In this document: positions 58,921 to 64,000 of the stretch, one piece after another
Layout of the letters: each line of letters opens with the position of its first letter
Numbering within the stretch: the first letter of the stretch is position 1
Assembly: GCA_965214935.1 (NCBI GenBank)
Contig: CBDCCS010000002.1
Span: forward strand, 20,617 to 84,616
Source of the DNA: Candidatus Velthaea sp.
Lineage (GTDB): Bacteria > Vulcanimicrobiota > Vulcanimicrobiia > Vulcanimicrobiales > Vulcanimicrobiaceae
Direction of reading: 5' to 3'
DNA length: 64,000 bases
Program-made: the position numbers and the translations under genes
The notes under the pieces: model-generated
Database searches by the model: none
Told to the model about the DNA's origin: nothing
Seen by the model: only the letters and a program-made list of their open reading frames with translations

Positions 58921-61046
58921 CGCGGCTTGAGCGCGAATAGCAATAACGAACGAGCAGTGGTTTGATACACGTCGCCCGTTGCGAATTCGGCACCGGGTTG
59001 CTGCTCCTCGTGATTGGTGTCGATTTTCAACGTCCAGACCGCCGCGCCGCCGCACTCCGGCAGCGTAAATGAGACCGCATCATAATATGCATTGAACACG
59101 ATGAGGACCGTCGCGTCGCTACCTTGTTTGAAGATGCCCGTCGGTTGCGCGCGTCCGTCGATCATCATACCGAAGCAGCGCGTCGTTTCGTCTTGCCACG
59201 TTTCTTGACGCATCTCGGTGCCGCTTGCATCGATCCACGTGACGTCTTTAACGTCGAACTCCGGATTGTATTCACCGGCAAGAAAACGCGCACGACGCAG
59301 AATCGGATACTCGCGACGGATCGCCGTCGCCGCCTGCACGAACGCGATCTGTTGCTTGGCCGCAGCGTCGAAATCCCAATGCACCCAGCTAATGTCGTCA
59401 TCCTGACAGTACGCATTATTGTTGCCGCCTTGCGTGCGTGCGAATTCGTCACCGGCGACGAGCATCGGCGTGCCCTGTGAGAATAAAAGCGTCGCGAGCA
59501 AATTACGCATTTGCCGGCGCCGCAGGATCAGAATCGCTTCGTCGCCGGTCGGACCTTCAACGCCACAATTCCAGGACCGGTTACTCGAGGTTCCGTCTTG
59601 ATTGTCTTCGCCGTTTGCTTGGTTGTGTTTCTCGTTGTACGAAACGAGGTCGTTGAGCGTAAAGCCGTCGTGGGCGGTTATGAAGTTTACCGATGAGTGC
59701 GCTTTTCGCCCATGATGATTGAAGTAGTCCGGCGATCCGCACAGGCGCGGTGCGAGTTCGGCAGCCGACGCTTCGGTGCGCCAAAAATCGCGCACGGTGT
59801 CGCGGAACATATCGTTCCACTCGCCCCACGCCGGCGGAAATGCACCGACTTGATAACCGCCCGGACCAACATCCCACGGTTCGGCGATCAGCTTAACGGT
59901 CGCGAGCACCGGGTCTTGCACGACCGCTTTGAGGAAGCCGCTCTGTTCATCGAAGCCCGACGTCTCGCGTGCCAGCACGGTCCCCAGATCGAAGCGAAAG
60001 CCGTCGACGTGCATCTCGGTGACCCAGTAACGGAGACTGTCGTTCACGAGTTGGATGACGCGGGCGTGCGAGACATTGAACGTATTGCCGGTACCGGTAT
60101 CGTTGATGTAATAGCGCTTCTCGTCCGGCATGAGCCGGTAGTACGACGCGTTGTCGATACCGCGGAACGATAACGTCGGTCCGCGTTCGTTGCCTTCGGC
60201 CGTGTGGTTGTAAACGACGTCGAGGATGACTTCAATGCCCGCCTCGTGGAAACGCGCGACCATGTCTTTGAATTCGGCAAGAATGCGATCAGGCCGATGA
60301 GCGTAGCGCGTATCGGGCGCGAAGAAACCGATCGTGTTGTATCCCCAGTAATTCGTGAGGCCTTTTTGCAGCAGCAGATCGTCGGTGACGAATGCGTGAA
60401 TAGGCAGCAGTTCGATCGACGTAATGCCGAGCTGCTTGAGGTGATCGATGATGGCCGGTGAACCGAGCCCGGCATACGTTCCGCGTAAATCCTCGGGAAC
60501 CGCAGGATTGAGCTTGGTATAGCCGCGGACGTGCGTTTCGTAGATGACCGTCGAGTCCCACGGAACGACGCGCTCAAGACGCTCGCCATGCCAAGCAAAA
60601 TTCTCATCGACGACCACGCACTTGGGGACGAACGGCGCGCTATCGCGCTCGTCAAAAGACAAGTCTTCGTTTTCATCACCGAGCGTGTAACCGAAACACG
60701 CCGGATCCCAAATTAACTCTCCGACGTGCGCGCGAGCGTATGGATCGAGCAAGAGTTTATTGTGATTGAAGCGATGGCCGGCTTGCGGCTCGTACGGTCC
60801 GTACACCCGGTAACCGTAAACGGTCCCGGGGCCGATGCCCGCAACGTAGCCATGATAGATCTCGTTCGTATACTCCGGCAGTACGATGCGTTCGATCTCT
60901 TCGCGTCCGGAGCCGTCGAAAATACACAGCTCGACTTTCGTCGCATTCGCGGAGAATAACGCAAAGTTCGTCCCCTGACCGTCCCATTTCGCACCCTGCG
61001 GGTAGGGTAAACCTTCGCTAACGACGGACCGGGCAGCGACAGTCAC
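58917..61046 (-). CDS. glgX: Glycogen debranching enzyme (GH13 isoamylase)
   Basis: NYWGYNT, DVVYNHTAEG, DGFRFDLG, LIAEPWD, FITAHDGFTL, NNNAYCQD. Confidence 0.97.
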   Translation of the reverse strand: MTVAARSVVSEGLPYPQGAKWDGQGTNFALFSANATKVELCIFDGSGREEIERIVLPEYTNEIYHGYVAGIGPGTVYGYRVYGPYEPQAGHRFNHNKLLLDPYARAHVGELIWDPACFGYTLGDENEDLSFDERDSAPFVPKCVVVDENFAWHGERLERVVPWDSTVIYETHVRGYTKLNPAVPEDLRGTYAGLGSPAIIDHLKQLGITSIELLPIHAFVTDDLLLQKGLTNYWGYNTIGFFAPDTRYAHRPDRILAEFKDMVARFHEAGIEVILDVVYNHTAEGNERGPTLSFRGIDNASYYRLMPDEKRYYINDTGTGNTFNVSHARVIQLVNDSLRYWVTEMHVDGFRFDLGTVLARETSGFDEQSGFLKAVVQDPVLATVKLIAEPWDVGPGGYQVGAFPPAWGEWNDMFRDTVRDFWRTEASAAELAPRLCGSPDYFNHHGRKAHSSVNFITAHDGFTLNDLVSYNEKHNQANGEDNQDGTSSNRSWNCGVEGPTGDEAILILRRRQMRNLLATLLFSQGTPMLVAGDEFARTQGGNNNAYCQDDDISWVHWDFDAAAKQQIAFVQAATAIRREYPILRRARFLAGEYNPEFDVKDVTWIDASGTEMRQETWQDETTRCFGMMIDGRAQPTGIFKQGSDATVLIVFNAYYDAVSFTLPECGGAAVWTLKIDTNHEEQQPGAEFATGDVYQTTARSLLLFALKPR

Positions 61047-61170
61047 AACAAAACCCTCTAGCAAGTAGTGGTAGCGCGCGGGTTATACCCGGGCAGCCGC
61101 ACCATTACACAGAGGGTTGCGTCGTTTGGGGACGTCGGCGTCGGTCGACGGGATCCGGGACGGCCGCCGA

Positions 61171-62043
61171 TTAGTGAATGCGAGCGACCATGATCGCGAT
61201 GTCGTCGCGTCCCTGACCGCCGCAATAATCTTCAACGGCCCGCAGCAGACCCTGTGCAATTTCGTTTTCCGATAAATGCCGGCGCAGCAGTACTTCGCGC
61301 GTGAATCGCTGCATGCCGAACATCTCGCTATTCGCCGCGTGCGCTTCGGTGACACCGTCGGTGGTCGTGACGATCAGCGAGCCTTCACGCAGTGCGACGA
61401 CGTTTTGTTTGAAAAGGTGATGCTGGTCGTCGAAGACGCCGATGAGCGGTGCCGTTACGTCGAGTCGTACGAGTTCACCATCGGGATGCACGATGACGAT
61501 CGGCTCGTGCGCAGCCGAAGCGTACGTGAGATAGCGCCGCGTCGGATCGATCATGCCGAAAAAAACGGTCGCGAACGAATCGGTTTCTTCAAACGCATTG
61601 TTCTCAAGATACAACCGGTCGAGGCTACGCAGCACATTCTCGGGCATCAGGCCCTGCGACGCGTACGCTCGCAAACTATACTTGATGAGCGCGGCATGCA
61701 CGGCGGCGCGAACGCCTTTGCCTGCGATGTCCGCTACCGACAGCGCAACGCAATCATTATCGAAGTGGTAGACGTCGACGATGTCGCCGCCCGCGCGGCC
61801 TTCGGCGAGTTTATAGGTGATGGCATACGAGATGCCGGCGATCGGACGATGATTGCGCGCGAATAACACGTCGACGAGATGATGCGCAGCTTCGGTCGAC
61901 GTCTGCTCGGCGTCATGAAACGAGACGATGCTCGATTCGCCGTGAACGGCGCGGCGCGACGGCTCGGCATCGACGGCGATGCCGTCGATGGCAATGCCGT
62001 CGAGGATCTCATCATAGGCCGGGATTTGCGCTACGACAGTCAT
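61171..62043 (-). CDS. PP2C/SpoIIE (RsbU-like) phosphatase
   Basis: GGDIVD, VADIAGKG, TDGVTEA, DDIAI. Confidence 0.92.
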   Translation of the reverse strand: MTVVAQIPAYDEILDGIAIDGIAVDAEPSRRAVHGESSIVSFHDAEQTSTEAAHHLVDVLFARNHRPIAGISYAITYKLAEGRAGGDIVDVYHFDNDCVALSVADIAGKGVRAAVHAALIKYSLRAYASQGLMPENVLRSLDRLYLENNAFEETDSFATVFFGMIDPTRRYLTYASAAHEPIVIVHPDGELVRLDVTAPLIGVFDDQHHLFKQNVVALREGSLIVTTTDGVTEAHAANSEMFGMQRFTREVLLRRHLSENEIAQGLLRAVEDYCGGQGRDDIAIMVARIH

Positions 62044-62164
62044 ATGATTGTTTTCGTACGGAAGGGGCTTGAAACGCGCCGATTGCATGGCCCGGCGTGT
62101 CAAGTTCGTGTACGCTCGCAGCGGCTCGACGGTCGCGGACACCGGCTCGCAAAGGAGAAATCGC

Positions 62165-62914
62165 ATGACGACGGTCGCATCGACTTTTGCCGCACAACGA
62201 AGTGGCGAGCGTTTCGCGGCGGATCACGGCTGGCTTAAAACGTTCCATTCGTTCAGCTTCGCCGACTACTTCGATCCGGCCAATGTTTCGTGGGGTGCGC
62301 TGCGCGTCTTCAACGACGACCGCATTGCCGGCGGTCGCGGCTTCCCGACGCATCCGCACCAGAACATGGAAATCGTCACGTACGTCTTGTCCGGTAAGCT
62401 CGAACATCGCGATACGCTCGGCAGTCATGGCATCGTCAACGCCGGCGGCGTTCAATACTTGAGCGCCGGCACCGGCCTAAGCCATTCCGAGTACAACGCC
62501 TTGCCGGATCGCGAATTGCATTTCGTTCAGATGTGGGTCATTCCGGGTGCCCTCGATCGCGCACCCGCCTACGGGCAGCTCGACTTCGACGACCGTGAGC
62601 GCCGCGATCGCTGGCTGACGGTGGCATCCGGAGTGCCCGAGTGCGCCGCCCCGATCCGACTGACACAGACGGCGACCCTGCGCGTTTGCCGGGTTGAAAC
62701 GACGTGGGTGCAACACGTTTTTGACGTTGCCCGCTTCGGCTTTCTGTTCGTGGCGTCGGGTGCCGCTAGCATTTACGCGCTCGGTAGCGACGGCGTTCGG
62801 CGGACGGCCGCGCTACGCAGCGGCGACGCGGTTCGGACCGGCGGTATCGAGTCGCTCGACGTCGCCGGCACGGCGGAACTGGTCCTGTGGGATTTGCCGC
62901 CGCTCGAAACGTAA
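62165..62914 (+). CDS. Pirin family protein
   Basis: ATG after AAGGAG; HSFSFADYFDP, LRVFNDD, HPHQNMEI, HRD, HSEYN. Confidence 0.95.
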   Translation: MTTVASTFAAQRSGERFAADHGWLKTFHSFSFADYFDPANVSWGALRVFNDDRIAGGRGFPTHPHQNMEIVTYVLSGKLEHRDTLGSHGIVNAGGVQYLSAGTGLSHSEYNALPDRELHFVQMWVIPGALDRAPAYGQLDFDDRERRDRWLTVASGVPECAAPIRLTQTATLRVCRVETTWVQHVFDVARFGFLFVASGAASIYALGSDGVRRTAALRSGDAVRTGGIESLDVAGTAELVLWDLPPLET

Positions 62915-62945
62915 GCTGCAGCCGCCCGATGAAGGGCGGTGCAGC
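62915..62945. terminator. GC hairpin between convergent genes
   Basis: GCTGCAGCCGCCC-gatgaa-GGGCGGTGCAGC. Confidence 0.6.
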
Positions 62946-62952
62946 GGTCACG

Positions 62953-63027
62953 TTATTTCACTGGTTTGGGTTTCGCGTCTTTCTTCGGTTTTTTCTTTTC
63001 TTTCTTCGCGCCCTGACCCTTAGCCAT
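62953..63027 (-). CDS. 24-aa lysine-rich small protein MAKGQGAKKEKKKPKKDAKPKPVK
   Basis: GAGGT RBS 4 nt before ATG, 25 clean codons ending in TAA, followed by a hairpin; too short for the ORF track. Confidence 0.75.
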   Translation of the reverse strand: MAKGQGAKKEKKKPKKDAKPKPVK

Positions 63028-63104
63028 ATCTACCTCGCCGGCTTAAACGGTGTGTCTGCGGCGTTCGACGGACTGCTCGACCGATCTTCGTTCACCGGCG
63101 CCCG

Positions 63105-64000
63105 TTAGCGGCTTCGTCCGACGACGTCGATCATTGCGTTGACCACGTTCGGATCGAATTGCGATCCGCTGTGCAGTTTGAGCTGCTCGATCGCCGCCGT
63201 CGGTGCCATCGGTAAACGATACGGACGGTTGCCGATCATTGCGTTGAATGAGTCGGCCACCGAAACGATCCGGGCGGTCATCGGAATTTCGGAACCCGCG
63301 CGGCGATCCGGATAACCCCGGCCATCGATGCGTTCGTGATGCGCCCGAACGACGGGCGTCAGGTGTTCGAGCGGCCGGATCGTTCGAATGAGATCTGCGC
63401 CGGCTTCCGCATGGCGGCGCATGATCTCCATGTCTTGATCCGACAAGCGGTACGGCGCGTTGAGAATTTCCGGCGGCGTCGTGATTTTGCCGATATCGTG
63501 GATCAGGCCGGCTCGCGTCACGAAGACGGTCTCCGCTTGTGAAAGCCCGAGGCGTTTTCCGATGCGCGCACACCACATGGAGACGGCGCGCGAATGATCG
63601 GCCGTCGCCGCGTCAAAATTCGTCAAGCGCAAAATGAGCCGTTCGATTTTTGCGTCGATCTCATCGAGCGCCGCGACCGCGGTCAACTCGACCGGCTTAC
63701 GCGGTCGTTCGGCAATCGAACGGACATGCTCGCTCACGGACGCCGCCCGTTCCGTAACGCTCGTTTGCAACGTTGCGCCCTCGATGTGACGCGCGACGAC
63801 CGCGGCACCTACGTTCATGATCCGTGCCATTGCTGCGTTCCCGTGATGACGCTCGCACGTGCGTTCAATCCAGTTGTAAAACGCATGCCAATCGCCGCCG
63901 CCGAGTGCCCGGAGATAGCGCTCGACGAACGATTGCGCCAACAGTTCGCTGCCGACGGTTCGTTCGCTCGTGCGAATCGAGCGTTCGAGAATGGCATGCG
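63105..64000 (-). CDS. HD-GYP domain phosphohydrolase (5' end off window)
   Basis: HS..V, HDIGK, HHERIDGRGYPD, VADSFNAM..RPY; frame open to the window edge. Confidence 0.93.
   Translation of the reverse strand, partial: HAILERSIRTSERTVGSELLAQSFVERYLRALGGGDWHAFYNWIERTCERHHGNAAMARIMNVGAAVVARHIEGATLQTSVTERAASVSEHVRSIAERPRKPVELTAVAALDEIDAKIERLILRLTNFDAATADHSRAVSMWCARIGKRLGLSQAETVFVTRAGLIHDIGKITTPPEILNAPYRLSDQDMEIMRRHAEAGADLIRTIRPLEHLTPVVRAHHERIDGRGYPDRRAGSEIPMTARIVSVADSFNAMIGNRPYRLPMAPTAAIEQLKLHSGSQFDPNVVNAMIDVVGRSR

Noticed and set aside
1..64000. CRISPR array, transposase, prophage or additional UGA-recoded selenoprotein genes
   Set aside because: No regularly spaced repeats or mobile-element motifs seen, and no other gene showed a conserved domain interrupted by TGA; by-eye inspection could miss short cases.

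Overview
GC-rich bacterial chromosomal window. A diderm is inferred from the TonB-type receptor and Wza; the gene style suggests Eremiobacterota/Vulcanimicrobiota, but this is inference only. (1) 1-31 kb is a large Wzx/Wzy-dependent exopolysaccharide locus: OPX/Wza, priming phosphoglycosyltransferase, split co-polymerase + BY-kinase-like ATPase, UDP-glucuronate decarboxylase, Wzy, Wzx and eight GT2/GT4 enzymes. It carries unusual tailoring genes (FkbH + ACP + hexapeptide acyltransferase; GMC oxidoreductase; aldo/keto reductase; 2OG-Fe(II) oxygenase) and three paralogous exported clan GH-A glycosidases, two of them LamG lipoproteins. (2) 31-39 kb: Tag-like glycosylase, a cysteine-free protein resembling the archaeo-eukaryotic primase PriL C-terminal domain, and recQ > TonB-type receptor > two-component system. 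(3) 39-43 kb: carotenoid hydroxylase/glycosyltransferase/acyltransferase/esterase operon. (4) 43-52 kb: DoxX, zinc-ribbon protein with a structured leader, DUF4331+TPR, GH19-like hydrolase with a coupled exported partner, SDR, and an MtnA-like protein lacking catalytic residues. (5) 52-57 kb: complete selenocysteine machinery (tRNA-Sec, Sec-containing selD, selA, selB). (6) 57-64 kb: malQ, glgX, PP2C phosphatase, pirin, a 24-aa Lys-rich peptide and an HD-GYP protein. No CRISPR array, integrase or transposase was seen. All family calls are by-eye motif recognition, not database searches.
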